Of a DNA stretch of 64,000 nucleotides, positions 39,492 through 49,821 are shown in pieces (the first letter of the stretch is position 1; each line of letters opens with the position of its first letter). The DNA is taken from positions 1 through 64,000 of IMG/VR virus record IMGVR_UViG_3300025133_000060, one strand, 5' to 3'. The notes under the pieces were generated by a model that made no database searches, had not been told where the DNA came from, and was given only the letters and a program-made list of their open reading frames with translations. Position numbers and translations under genes: made by a program. This stretch comes from a virus.

Positions 39492-39795
39492 AAAAAAGAC
39501 TTCAACCCCCGAAGGAGTATGAAGCGAGTCGAGATTTAAGGCAGAACAAAACCTTTGGACAGTTTAACCCCCACTCCGGTTCTCGCTCACAAGCGGTGAT
39601 TTGCTTAGAACTCTGACAGGCCTTCTTGGGGGAATACGCCGCATTCACGCCTTGATATTTCAACCACCGATATTCCGGTGGCTCTTGGTATTTCAACCCG
39701 CAAGGCGATACTCTGTTTGGCGCATCCATGAATCCTCTCGACTCAATGCCCCCATTCAAAGAAGAGGGGCGGCTTCGGTGGGGGTGTTCTCCCAC
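39492..39795 (-). ncRNA. Candidate ~300-nt structured non-coding RNA
   Basis: Class I promoter at 39821-39844; nested helices with G-U pairs on the minus strand; terminal hairpin + U6. Confidence 0.6.
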
Positions 39796-39846
39796 AAACC
39801 TATCGAGTCAGCATCGACTATATGAACTCTTCGGAATATCAATGGT

Positions 39847-41658
39847 TTATTGAGATATTCCAAGCGTGAACTTCAATGTCGACATCAAGTCTTGGCCTTG
39901 CCGACCCACCGTCAATGTCATTGTCGAACCTGATGGACTCATGCCCCATGCGATGTTGAATATCCTATGGCGACCAGATAGACTCGCCTCGTTCGATGCG
40001 AACTCCATCACATCTCCGACTCTCAAATCGAATCGCTCTGGAATGCCGTTGACCACCCACTTGGTTCGTTGAAGTCCTTGAGTATTCAAGAAGTATTCGC
40101 CAACCAATTTTGCTTGAACTTCATCGGTGATTGAATCATCCTCAATTCTCTTCTCCACAGGAATGGATGGGTATCGAGTGGAATCGGTTGCTGGAACTGA
40201 CACATTTATGTCCAGTTCAGGATTCGACACTATCGCAACATTGAATCCTGTGATTTCACCGGATTCTCTCTCAATTCCTGTTGGATAGAAGTCTTGTGGC
40301 AACGCACTTCTCGGCATTCGACCGGCGATGAATGGTTGGACTGTTGCATCATCGACTTCACGCAATTTGCGAAAATTGATGTAGCCATCCGCCGAGCAAT
40401 ATATCTGGTTCAAGGCGGGAGTGCTATTGATGATATTCAATATCGTTTGGATTGCCGACAGGCGAGTCTGACCAACGAAGTTCATTCCGGCTGGGAGAAC
40501 GACATGGGATTGATTTGCCATGCGACCAACAGGCGGAGCATAAGTGGAGTTCGCCACAATGTCTTTGATAACGGTTGCCGCATCGGTTTGAAAATATGTC
40601 ATTGACCCCTTGACCACTTCGAGATTCAAATAGCCGAGCGCACACAAACACTTGAATGAAATGTCGCTCGATGATTCGTGAACTTCTGATACAAATCCGG
40701 TGAACACAAGTGGTGGACTCGCCCATGTTCTCGGACTCGCATACACTTGAACTGTATCGCCTCGCTTAATCCAGCCAGTTCTTCTGCCAGATGGATTATT
40801 GAGTTCGATATTGACTTCGGTGGGGCCATTGAAGTTCTGTGTGAGATTCACAGAAGTGATTCCATGCAAATCATTGAGTCCGTTGATAACAACAGTCGGG
40901 GATTGTGGTGTTGCTTCATCTCGTGCGAGGGGTCCATAGAGATTCCTGAACAACACTCTCCGTGAGCGAGCGAAGAATATCTTGTGCGCCCAGCCGTTTC
41001 TAAGCCCCCCTAAGCGCATCCTTTTGGGTCGGTTAGTCCATTGTAGTCCTTCGGGATTCCAACCGCCGTCAGAGAAGCCCAATCGCCCCAAATTGAATAC
41101 TGGTTGAGGGAGAATGGCGGTGGGATATGCACCTTCGGTGGGGCCGGTTGTCATGGAGAATCCACCACGAGGACCCCCGCCTCTTCTGGTGATTATGTCT
41201 TGTTGGTCGGGGAATCCTGTTGAACCTTGATAATTGTAGCCGAATCCGAGCGCACCCGTTTTGACATCGCCATGCAATTGAGGGTCAAACGGTCTTGGTG
41301 TGGTCAGGCTTGTGTAGCCCAGCGTGGTGTTCCTATCTCGCAACCAAACGCCACTCAAGTCAGATGGGAATGGAATCATATCCAAACCCCAATCCACCGG
41401 ATAATGTGCCGGTCGATACATGAGTTCCTTTTCACTATGACTTGCATCGAGTTCGACTCCTGTGCCTTCGCTCATAGATTCGTGGGAATGTTCCAACCAG
41501 ATTCGTGAAGCCCAACGAGCGATGGCGGTGCGAGGTCGGCGAGGGTCTTGACCCATCCGTTCGATTTCATCCAACAAGCCCTTCGGCGGAGTGATGATTA
41601 GTTCATCATCGCCAGACCTGACCAAGCGGTGGAATCGCTCGATACTGTCTTTGTCCAT
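39847..41658 (-). CDS. Tail hub/baseplate (gp27/GpD/Tal-like) protein
   Basis: VFTGFVSEV, DGYINFR, L.VGD...G.HRI..I.W.....MTLTVG; position after the Dit-like gene. Confidence 0.75.
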   Translation of the reverse strand: MDKDSIERFHRLVRSGDDELIITPPKGLLDEIERMGQDPRRPRTAIARWASRIWLEHSHESMSEGTGVELDASHSEKELMYRPAHYPVDWGLDMIPFPSDLSGVWLRDRNTTLGYTSLTTPRPFDPQLHGDVKTGALGFGYNYQGSTGFPDQQDIITRRGGGPRGGFSMTTGPTEGAYPTAILPQPVFNLGRLGFSDGGWNPEGLQWTNRPKRMRLGGLRNGWAHKIFFARSRRVLFRNLYGPLARDEATPQSPTVVINGLNDLHGITSVNLTQNFNGPTEVNIELNNPSGRRTGWIKRGDTVQVYASPRTWASPPLVFTGFVSEVHESSSDISFKCLCALGYLNLEVVKGSMTYFQTDAATVIKDIVANSTYAPPVGRMANQSHVVLPAGMNFVGQTRLSAIQTILNIINSTPALNQIYCSADGYINFRKLREVDDATVQPFIAGRMPRSALPQDFYPTGIERESGEITGFNVAIVSNPELDINVSVPATDSTRYPSIPVEKRIEDDSITDEVQAKLVGEYFLNTQGLQRTKWVVNGIPERFDLRVGDVMEFASNEASLSGRHRIFNIAWGMSPSGSTMTLTVGRQGQDLMSTLKFTLGISQ

Positions 41659-41694
41659 ACACTATCGTGCGCCCTTGCGGGTTATCACGGTTGT

Positions 41695-41967
41695 TCAAAA
41701 GTTCGTTTTGATGTAGCAAGATGCGAGATGGTCAATGAATCCGTGAATTGCTTCGGGGTTATGCCATTCGATTTCACGAATGGTGTGGCGAATCTGCGCC
41801 TGTTCTGGGTATGATGCGACTTCAATAACCATGCGGATAACTTCATCAGAGTCGATGTAGTGGCACATCGACTGGTCATCAATGTATTGGATGGTTCGAT
41901 TTGGCAGGTTGCGCTCTGCGAAGTATGTGGTCAAGTATTTCTGAACGAGAGTTTCTTGGGTCGCCAT
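41695..41967 (-). CDS. Hypothetical protein (class I cassette inside the tail operon)
   Basis: ATG 30 nt after the class I TATA. Confidence 0.7.
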   Translation of the reverse strand: MATQETLVQKYLTTYFAERNLPNRTIQYIDDQSMCHYIDSDEVIRMVIEVASYPEQAQIRHTIREIEWHNPEAIHGFIDHLASCYIKTNF

Positions 41968-42106
41968 GTTAAAGACGAGGGGTTTCGCCTATATGAACCC
42001 TTTGGTTCTCTCAATGTTTGAGAATCACAATTGAATAGTTCTCGATTATTCATAGTTCATAAAGGGTCGAGCAAACCATTGTGATTGATAAGTATCGAAG
42101 CGAATA

Positions 42107-45100
42107 TCAAACGCCAAGACCCGCCTCTCGAACCAGATTGATTGTGTATGGAGTTTCACCATGTCGACCACCTTCTCGATTGTAGTCGAACGATGTGATT
42201 CGACCCACGAATGTTTTGCCTGTCGGTGTTCCTACATAATTGACGGATTCCCACATGAACTCCACGAGCGAACCACTCATCAGCAATTCTTCAACGAACT
42301 CAATATCGGCATTGGCGGTTTCAGTCAGGAATGAACCGGAGAGAGCGAACTCATCATGTCTTTGACCCATATCCGTCAGTTCTGGATAGACGGCATCGAG
42401 AACAGGAGTTTGCGACCATTCTGCGCTTCGGTTGCGTTGGAATCCCTTTGGCATGATATTGAAAACGAGAGGAACCACGAGCGTTGCTGGCAGAACCTTG
42501 ATAATCGCCGTTGCGGTTTGTGAGGATGCACTATCATTGTCGACAACGACCAATGTGGCTTGGTATTCACCAGCCGCCGCATAGGTGTGTTGGGCGGTTC
42601 CAGATGCGTTGGTTGTTGACCCCGACCCATCTCCGTATGTGAATGTGTATGAAGAGAGGCTCGCACCCGCATTGATGTCGAATGAATCTGTTCCATCGAG
42701 AGTGATGGGTTGCCCTGCTCTGATGAGAGATGGAACGGCTCGGAGAACTGCGACTGGTGCGGAGTTCACCACGACAACACTCATGGTCGCCGCATCCGAT
42801 TCATTCCCCGCATCGTCTTTGGAATACACTTTCGCATCATAAGTTCCGGCGATGAGATATGAGTGTGCCGTATCATAAGTATTGGTTTGAAGCGTCTGGT
42901 CGGTGAATGGCAACCAATCGGTGATGACTCCATCTCCAAAGTCGAACTTGACTTGTGTGATGATTCGGTCGATGTCAGTCGTGATTCCAGTTCCCCTGAA
43001 TGACACAATATGACCGACCTTTGTGTCAATGGGGGGAGTGATGTCGCCATTGAAGGTGTTGCCTATGCAAGCAATACTGGCGGTTGGTTTGATGTCATAC
43101 TCAAGCGACCACGAACGAATGATTGGGGTTGTTGACCAATCCACAGGTTGAAGCGTTGCCATCGAACTTGTTGGAACATAGAATAAGAATCGAATCACGA
43201 ATCCATTGGTTGTTGCATCGGTTGGGAGAGTGGTCAAATCAATCGAGCCGAATCCGCCGATGACATTCAAATCCAGAGCATCAAAGTTCTCGTATGGAGT
43301 TCCACCTTCGCCTTGACGAAGAACCGTCAAATCGGTTGCGATATTGTCATTGACCGGACAGATTGACACCTTGACATTCATGCCCTTTGACACATTGATG
43401 TTGTCGACTTCGACACTCAAGCCTGTGTATTTGCCAACACCCGCAATTTGTTGCTTGCGAGAGTCCACAGGGAATGGAATCATAGCATCGGATGGAATGT
43501 GCCGGATGGTGATTTCATCCATCTGGAACGCCGCATTCGTTTTGTTGTATGTTGGGTTCGCCATCCACATATCGTTGCCGACTCCATCGTGAAGTGGACT
43601 TGCATTTGATTTCAATCCTTGACCACAAGACTTCTGAAACAACAATGAGAATCCCCACACAGGGTCGTTGGAGTTCAGGTCTTTGCCCTTGCTCGCACCA
43701 TCTATGCTCATTGTCATGCCTTCTTCATCGAATGTCGCTCGCATGGTGTGATAACCTTCGGTCATTGTGAATGGTGTGCCGGTTCCAATGTAGTTCCCCA
43801 TAGTTCCCCAGCCCACATTATTTCCTCCCATAGCGGCATACGGCCACGAGTTCTCCAATGCGACATCAACCCAATCACCGCCCAACGATACATCGGCTTG
43901 GTTGTAATTGAACGCTGGCGGTTCACCCCACATGGCCGACCCACCCCAGACAAATATCTGGGAATTGTGCGAAGCCAATTTGGTTTGTGATTCGTTTTGA
44001 ATGTTCATGCTTTTCCAGCCCAAGTCTGTCGCCGAGCCTTCTCCTGTTCCCCAAGACACTTCGTCATTCAAGCCTTCGATGAGTCCGATTCGAGTGAATC
44101 CTTGTGTCCAAGTCAACATCGAACCGTGATTGTTGTGAGCATGACGACCGAACTGGATATTATTCACGCCAGTATCGAAGTCGATAATAGTCAACAAATC
44201 CTTCTGAACTGGCCACCACGCTTTTATCTGCAAATCCAACCAGATTGGAGAACACCCGACTTCGGTGAGTCCAGTATTTGTTGTCTCCATTCCGTATGTT
44301 CGGTCTCCAACAACGGTTGGGTTGGGTTCGAGTAATGTCCATGATGTTTGCCCGAATGACCCATAACCACCCTTCGTGGCGACTCGCTCGTGGACTGGCC
44401 AGATTCGATTGCGACCATACGGCCACTTCTCGACACCCGTTCCGGCTGGACAATAATCCCATGCGTGATAGCCGGTTGCTTGGTCATAGAATGAAGTGAA
44501 TAGAATTGTCATTCCCTTGCTAAACCATCCTGCGGATTGGGAATTGTATGAGAACTTACTCGCATTCTTCGACAGCACATTCGCAGGGTCGGTTTGACTC
44601 ATTTCATAGACGGCGTTGTGGCCAACCGAGAAGTTCGACCATCCCATATCCGCCACCAATTCCATTCCAGAACTCGAAAGACGGTCAACATTTGTGATGC
44701 TGAAATACTGACCAGCATGGCCGAATGAGTTTGGTGCGTTGCACCGTAGCATTCCACCACCATGCCCACCGGCTATCGGGTTCGATATGAACACATCTTG
44801 AGTGGGTGATTGGAGAGATATTCCAGCAGGGGTATTCGCATAATCCCCAAACCATCCACCCATGTCGTTTGACCATAATGCGAGAGGGTCGAGTGTCAAT
44901 CTGGTCGGGCTGGTGAAATTATGGCCACCGTATGCAGGAACATTTTGACCACCAATGTATGCGCCACCAATGAATCCGACACCCATTTCAGCATCATAAA
45001 TGGGGCCTTGTGTGGTGAATATGTTGTATTTGTTGGGGGAATAACTGGCTGACCTATCTCTATCTCGGCCTACTGCCGTTCCCGACCCCGCATAGAATCC

Positions 45101-47335
45101 TGATATTGGGTCGTATGGCCAAGTCCCACCATTCCCAATGTCGGTGTCATTGACGGATGCTGAACCATCCCAATAATTGTAGCCGCCCCATGAGAACTCC
45201 GCCCCACCCATGATGCCCTGACAGACGAATCCTTTGGCACAAGCGTATGTGGTAATGTCTTGGATTGAATTAGATTTGCTCGAAGGTGGGTCGGGCAAAG
45301 ATATGCTATATCCGGTGTTGATGGTGAAGGTCAATTTGTGGCCGGTGAATGTGCCTACTGCACCACTCACAATTGTCGACTTGGCTACGCTTGCGAGCGC
45401 ATCGACAGCCGTGATAATCCACCAACCAGAACGAGATGAATAGCCACCCAATGTGTCAGTCGCTCCACCACCAAGCACCACACTCATCCAAGTGTCAGCA
45501 TCCCATTCCATCCCATATTCTCGACTATTTGGACCCTGTTGCCATTGATACATCAAAGTTCCATCGGCGGCACGAAGGCCATTCAATACACCATCCATCT
45601 CCATGTAAATTGGCATACCTGCTTTCCATTTGTTCGCCTTGCCCACTTCGGTGTTATTATCCTCAACCCACACCGTCAGAGTTCCTGTGGCAGTTCCCGA
45701 AGTGGTATGAGGATTCCCCGACCCATCACCGCTGGCTTGCCCAACCGCATAAATTGGCGCACGAGTCGGGTTGGGTCGCACCAAACACGAACGAGGTTGT
45801 TGTTGAAGGGTTGCGGCAACGGGTGAACTCAAGGTGTTTGGTGAACTCCCACCATCTCCGGTCGCTCCATTGATGTATGCGTCATTTTGTTGACTATTCC
45901 ACTCTATGTATGCAGGAAACCATTTGTATTGCACGACATCATAGTCATAGTTCCATCCTTGACCGGCTGGGCATAAGGGGCCTTGAATGAAATCAAACAA
46001 AGGGAATATCTGTGCGGATTGACTTCGTGAGGTTGTCGGTGTGTCCAGTTCGGCTTGGGTATTGGCGACTCCACCCTTGCCATTCCAAACCGCATAGCAA
46101 GTCGTTCCATCCGAGCCGCCAATGGTTCTCGCTGGGTCATAGATGTAGGGGATAAGTGAGCCACCAGAGAGTGTATATGTGCCGTCTTTCAAGAAGCAAG
46201 CGAGTGCAGTTCGCATTCGATATGAGGGTCCACCATAGGCGGATGATGATGGGTCAATATCCCAATTGACATAATCCCATAGGTTGTCGGGATTCCGAAC
46301 AGTATCGACCTTTTGAAATGAACCAACCTGCCCCTCTTTGAAATCTCCAGATGACTTGAACCATTTGAATCGAGCCCCGCTAACCGTCTCAGTTTGTGGA
46401 TATACTGTGTCGGTTTGAGGTTGTTGATTATGACGGGTCATTCCTTCGTCAAAGAAATTGAAATATGTTCCCGAATCACCAATTCCAGATTCGGCTGGTC
46501 GGGCTTCTGTCCAGACGCCCCTCACAATGTCGTTGCTCACCCCCGCAGTCTCATATGATAATTGATTGTTATCATATAGCAACGGTTGGAACATCGTGGC
46601 GATGTAAAGGCCGATGTTCGGTAATGGATTGTTGTGAGCAAGGTCAATGCGTGGGTCGAGATTGGCCGCTGGCCAAGCGGATGATGAGGCGATTGTTCCA
46701 CCGACACTTGTATCTCCCTTGAGACCCTGTGGGAGCCAAGCCGATTTAGTGGCCTGTTCGACCGCCATTCCGGTTGTTGCCGCCCAATAGGTATCGAAGG
46801 CGAGTTTATCCCACGAATTGGCTAATCCATCCATCCAATCAATGAAGTCTTGAAGTGTTGCATATACCGGATAGGGGCCAGCCGAGTTCTTGTGGGGAGT
46901 CAATGGTGCGATGTTCTGGTTCATCGAACCAGCCGCCGCCGAGTCTTGAGCCCCATATCCATTCGATGTGTTCGTATCTGCGCTCGGCGAAACAAATCTC
47001 CATTCTGTGCTTGTGCCGTCAGGATGCGTCAAAATACAACGAGCATTATGAGTTCCAGAGTCGACAATCTCGATGGTCGGAGTTCCGGTTGGCTCACTCC
47101 CATCTATGTTCAAACACTCGACTCGAACACCTGCCGTATTTGCTTCGTCATTGAATCCTCGACCTTCATCCTCAAGGGTATCTGCACCCAATTGAGTGTG
47201 GAACATCACAGGGTCAACGGATAAGCCGTTCTTGCCATCTCCCTTGATGTATGCTGGCCACCATCGTTGCTTCTCGGCCAAGTCATTGAGAACTCTTGAG
47301 AAGCGATATGAGATGATTCGTTTGAATGATGCCAA
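42107..47335 (-). CDS. Large tail protein with two PKD domains and a C-terminal Dit/gpU-like domain
   Basis: FDFGDG...HSY..AGTY and YGDG...HTYAAAGEY PKD signatures; directly after the tape measure. Confidence 0.78.
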   Translation of the reverse strand: MASFKRIISYRFSRVLNDLAEKQRWWPAYIKGDGKNGLSVDPVMFHTQLGADTLEDEGRGFNDEANTAGVRVECLNIDGSEPTGTPTIEIVDSGTHNARCILTHPDGTSTEWRFVSPSADTNTSNGYGAQDSAAAGSMNQNIAPLTPHKNSAGPYPVYATLQDFIDWMDGLANSWDKLAFDTYWAATTGMAVEQATKSAWLPQGLKGDTSVGGTIASSSAWPAANLDPRIDLAHNNPLPNIGLYIATMFQPLLYDNNQLSYETAGVSNDIVRGVWTEARPAESGIGDSGTYFNFFDEGMTRHNQQPQTDTVYPQTETVSGARFKWFKSSGDFKEGQVGSFQKVDTVRNPDNLWDYVNWDIDPSSSAYGGPSYRMRTALACFLKDGTYTLSGGSLIPYIYDPARTIGGSDGTTCYAVWNGKGGVANTQAELDTPTTSRSQSAQIFPLFDFIQGPLCPAGQGWNYDYDVVQYKWFPAYIEWNSQQNDAYINGATGDGGSSPNTLSSPVAATLQQQPRSCLVRPNPTRAPIYAVGQASGDGSGNPHTTSGTATGTLTVWVEDNNTEVGKANKWKAGMPIYMEMDGVLNGLRAADGTLMYQWQQGPNSREYGMEWDADTWMSVVLGGGATDTLGGYSSRSGWWIITAVDALASVAKSTIVSGAVGTFTGHKLTFTINTGYSISLPDPPSSKSNSIQDITTYACAKGFVCQGIMGGAEFSWGGYNYWDGSASVNDTDIGNGGTWPYDPISGFYAGSGTAVGRDRDRSASYSPNKYNIFTTQGPIYDAEMGVGFIGGAYIGGQNVPAYGGHNFTSPTRLTLDPLALWSNDMGGWFGDYANTPAGISLQSPTQDVFISNPIAGGHGGGMLRCNAPNSFGHAGQYFSITNVDRLSSSGMELVADMGWSNFSVGHNAVYEMSQTDPANVLSKNASKFSYNSQSAGWFSKGMTILFTSFYDQATGYHAWDYCPAGTGVEKWPYGRNRIWPVHERVATKGGYGSFGQTSWTLLEPNPTVVGDRTYGMETTNTGLTEVGCSPIWLDLQIKAWWPVQKDLLTIIDFDTGVNNIQFGRHAHNNHGSMLTWTQGFTRIGLIEGLNDEVSWGTGEGSATDLGWKSMNIQNESQTKLASHNSQIFVWGGSAMWGEPPAFNYNQADVSLGGDWVDVALENSWPYAAMGGNNVGWGTMGNYIGTGTPFTMTEGYHTMRATFDEEGMTMSIDGASKGKDLNSNDPVWGFSLLFQKSCGQGLKSNASPLHDGVGNDMWMANPTYNKTNAAFQMDEITIRHIPSDAMIPFPVDSRKQQIAGVGKYTGLSVEVDNINVSKGMNVKVSICPVNDNIATDLTVLRQGEGGTPYENFDALDLNVIGGFGSIDLTTLPTDATTNGFVIRFLFYVPTSSMATLQPVDWSTTPIIRSWSLEYDIKPTASIACIGNTFNGDITPPIDTKVGHIVSFRGTGITTDIDRIITQVKFDFGDGVITDWLPFTDQTLQTNTYDTAHSYLIAGTYDAKVYSKDDAGNESDAATMSVVVVNSAPVAVLRAVPSLIRAGQPITLDGTDSFDINAGASLSSYTFTYGDGSGSTTNASGTAQHTYAAAGEYQATLVVVDNDSASSQTATAIIKVLPATLVVPLVFNIMPKGFQRNRSAEWSQTPVLDAVYPELTDMGQRHDEFALSGSFLTETANADIEFVEELLMSGSLVEFMWESVNYVGTPTGKTFVGRITSFDYNREGGRHGETPYTINLVREAGLGV

Positions 47336-49630
47336 TCAAATCACCCCTCGCACACTTTTAACTCGGCCACTCAACGCTCGGATAAGTGCCTTATCAAATG
47401 CGTCTTGCACTTCGACCTTATTCACATTATTCCCTGCGCCGATGTGGATGCCACCATTCACAACAATCGTTGGCGTATTGGAGCCGATACTCGTTCCGTT
47501 CTGCGCTTTCATCATCGAAGATGCGATAATTCCGTCAATCTTCTCGATTGGGATGATTGCTTCGGGTCCGGCTTCACCAACGATTCCCATTTGAGGCTCG
47601 TTCACGATTCCACCTTCGGCGAAGAATAATCCACCGACCGCACCGCCGATGAGCGCACCAACGGGTCCACCCATCATGAATCCAATTCCAGCGCCAGCCG
47701 CCGCCGACCCCATACTGAATCCGGTGTCCTCTTCTAAGTCATTTGAGAATCCCTCCATATCAAATCCAAGCATCTGGGCTATCGCCGACAATACTCGCCA
47801 AACCGGATTGATGACTTCAAACCAAGCACCAAAGGCGGCTCCAAGACCGTCAATGACTCCCTCGAAGTCGAGTTCGATAATCGAATTGATGACCTGTGCA
47901 ATCGCACCAATCATTCGATAGACCGGCTCCATGAAAAAGAACATGAATTGAAGCGCATATCCAACCAATTTGAGAACTGGCGCAAGGAGAATGAGAACAT
48001 CGGCGAAGGTTTGGAACATCGGAACCAATGCTTCGAGAAGCGGCGGCAATATCTCTCCGACAGCAACCGCAAGTTCAGCGAATGCTGGAACCATCGGTGC
48101 GAGATTCACAATCATCTCCTTGAGAGCAGGGATGACTTCTTCAACGAGCATGGGTCCGAAGTTCTCGCCGATGTCCAACAAGAACGATTCCCAAGCCGCA
48201 CCCAGACTTTGGAGAGAGAACAGGGTTGAGGTCTCCATCACCTTTGTGATTTCAGCCGTCTTTCCAATCCCCTCTTGAGCCTTCTTATTGGCTTCTGTGA
48301 GTTCATTCATCCCATCGACATTCGCCAACAATGCCATCGCCGCTGTTCCACCACGAACGCCGAATAATTCCAACATTTGATTTGTGGTCGCACCCGAATC
48401 TCGCAATTGTAGGAACACATCGCTTAGGCTGGTGAGTCCGGTTGTCTGTTCCCCAACGGTTTTGTTAAGGTCGGAATATGACTCCTTTTGTGCTTGGATG
48501 GTTTCATTGACCCTCTTCTGTTCTGCGCCAGTAATTTGTTGCTCGATTCTTCGCTCGGCCATCGTGATGTTGAGGTCGGCATTCGCTGATTCGAGTCGAC
48601 TAATTTGTTCCATCTCACGCTTGTTGAGGTCTCGCCCCTCTCGTTCGGCTCTGCGCTTGATTTTCATTATCGCCAGACTGTTTTGTTGTTGGTCGATGCT
48701 CAAGTCGGAGAGTTCGGCGTTCAACGCCTTCATCTGTGCATTGGTCGCCGCCGCCGACACCTTGCTTGCTTCAAGTTCTTGAGCAACGGTTCGGAGTGCG
48801 GTTTTGGCCGCTTGGCCAGCCGGAGTGAGTGTGAAGAAGTCGAGCCCCAAGTCTGCCATCATTTTGCGAGCATCATCGGTCGGCTTGAGCAATTTAGTGA
48901 TGGCCATACGCAAGGCGGTTCCAGCCATCGAGCCTTGAAGTCCTGCATTCCCCAATTGACCAACGGCGGATGCCGCTTCTTCAAGTGAAATCCCCGCCGC
49001 CGAAGCGGTTGGTGCGAGGAACTTCATTGATTGTCCAAGACCTTGAATGTCGGTGAAAGTCGAAGTCATTGTATTGAGCAGAATATCGTTGACATTCCGA
49101 AGTTCAGAAGTCTCCATTTGCATTCCCTTGAGGCTTGAGATTGCGACAGACGCCGCTTCGGGAATTGTGATGCCAGCCGCAATTGCGAGATTGTTGAGGT
49201 TCTCCAGAGCCTTGCCTTCGACCATCTCTTCTGAACCCAATCCCGCCAGAGCAAGAATCTGCGCCGCTTCTGCGACTTCGCTGGCGGTGGATTTGGTCGC
49301 CATTCCCAGATTGCGAACTTCGGTTGTTAATTCGGGAATGTCATCCATTCCCATTTTGCCCATGATTGCCGCCGTCTTAATCATCTTGGCTTCAAAGTCG
49401 ATGAAGGTCTTGGTTGCCTTAACCGCAAATGCCGCCACGATAGCAACACCAGCCGCCGCCGCCGCTACACCCATAGCGATGAATCCGGCTTTGGACATTC
49501 CAACGAACTTGGACATCGAGCCGCCAGATGCCGCAAGTCCGGTTTGAACCGAAGCCATGCCTTGTGAGAACCCTTTGGTGTTCGCACCGACCTTGACATT
49601 GATGTTCATATCATTATTGGGCATACTCAT
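47336..49630 (-). CDS. Tape measure protein (TP901-like)
   Basis: SASEVAEA-like segment, LALAG, GLQGSMAGTALR, FAEGGIV...GEAGPEAIIP. Confidence 0.93.
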   Translation of the reverse strand: MSMPNNDMNINVKVGANTKGFSQGMASVQTGLAASGGSMSKFVGMSKAGFIAMGVAAAAAGVAIVAAFAVKATKTFIDFEAKMIKTAAIMGKMGMDDIPELTTEVRNLGMATKSTASEVAEAAQILALAGLGSEEMVEGKALENLNNLAIAAGITIPEAASVAISSLKGMQMETSELRNVNDILLNTMTSTFTDIQGLGQSMKFLAPTASAAGISLEEAASAVGQLGNAGLQGSMAGTALRMAITKLLKPTDDARKMMADLGLDFFTLTPAGQAAKTALRTVAQELEASKVSAAATNAQMKALNAELSDLSIDQQQNSLAIMKIKRRAEREGRDLNKREMEQISRLESANADLNITMAERRIEQQITGAEQKRVNETIQAQKESYSDLNKTVGEQTTGLTSLSDVFLQLRDSGATTNQMLELFGVRGGTAAMALLANVDGMNELTEANKKAQEGIGKTAEITKVMETSTLFSLQSLGAAWESFLLDIGENFGPMLVEEVIPALKEMIVNLAPMVPAFAELAVAVGEILPPLLEALVPMFQTFADVLILLAPVLKLVGYALQFMFFFMEPVYRMIGAIAQVINSIIELDFEGVIDGLGAAFGAWFEVINPVWRVLSAIAQMLGFDMEGFSNDLEEDTGFSMGSAAAGAGIGFMMGGPVGALIGGAVGGLFFAEGGIVNEPQMGIVGEAGPEAIIPIEKIDGIIASSMMKAQNGTSIGSNTPTIVVNGGIHIGAGNNVNKVEVQDAFDKALIRALSGRVKSVRGVI

Positions 49631-49821
49631 CGTCTCCTATTCTGCTTCGCTCTCTTCGCATACTTCTCTTCTCGCTTCTTGTGTTCAACGAAAGCATTCG
49701 CCAAGAACGCAGTATCACGAGGGTCCATCTCACGCCAGTCTTGTGGAGTGAGTGAAAAGTCTTTCAGTAAATGAAAATAGAATTGACCCTCATGGGTCTC
49801 GGAGAACCTTACGATTCCCCC
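49627..49821 (-). CDS. Frameshift extension of the tail assembly chaperone (gpT-equivalent)
   Basis: -1 frame open from the slippery GGGGGAA to the tape-measure start; LTPQDWREMDPRD motif; no own start. Confidence 0.7.
   Translation of the reverse strand, partial: GGIVRFSETHEGQFYFHLLKDFSLTPQDWREMDPRDTAFLANAFVEHKKREEKYAKRAKQNRRR

Noticed and set aside
39651-39698. Two GGTTGAAATAYCAAG repeats resembling a mini-CRISPR array
   Set aside because: Only 15-nt repeats with an 18-nt spacer, and no cas operon; better explained as part of the structured RNA
39492-39795. RNase P or SRP RNA identity
   Set aside because: No GAGGAAAGUCC/CR-V P4 pairing and no SRP helix-8 motif; only an S-domain-like internal loop
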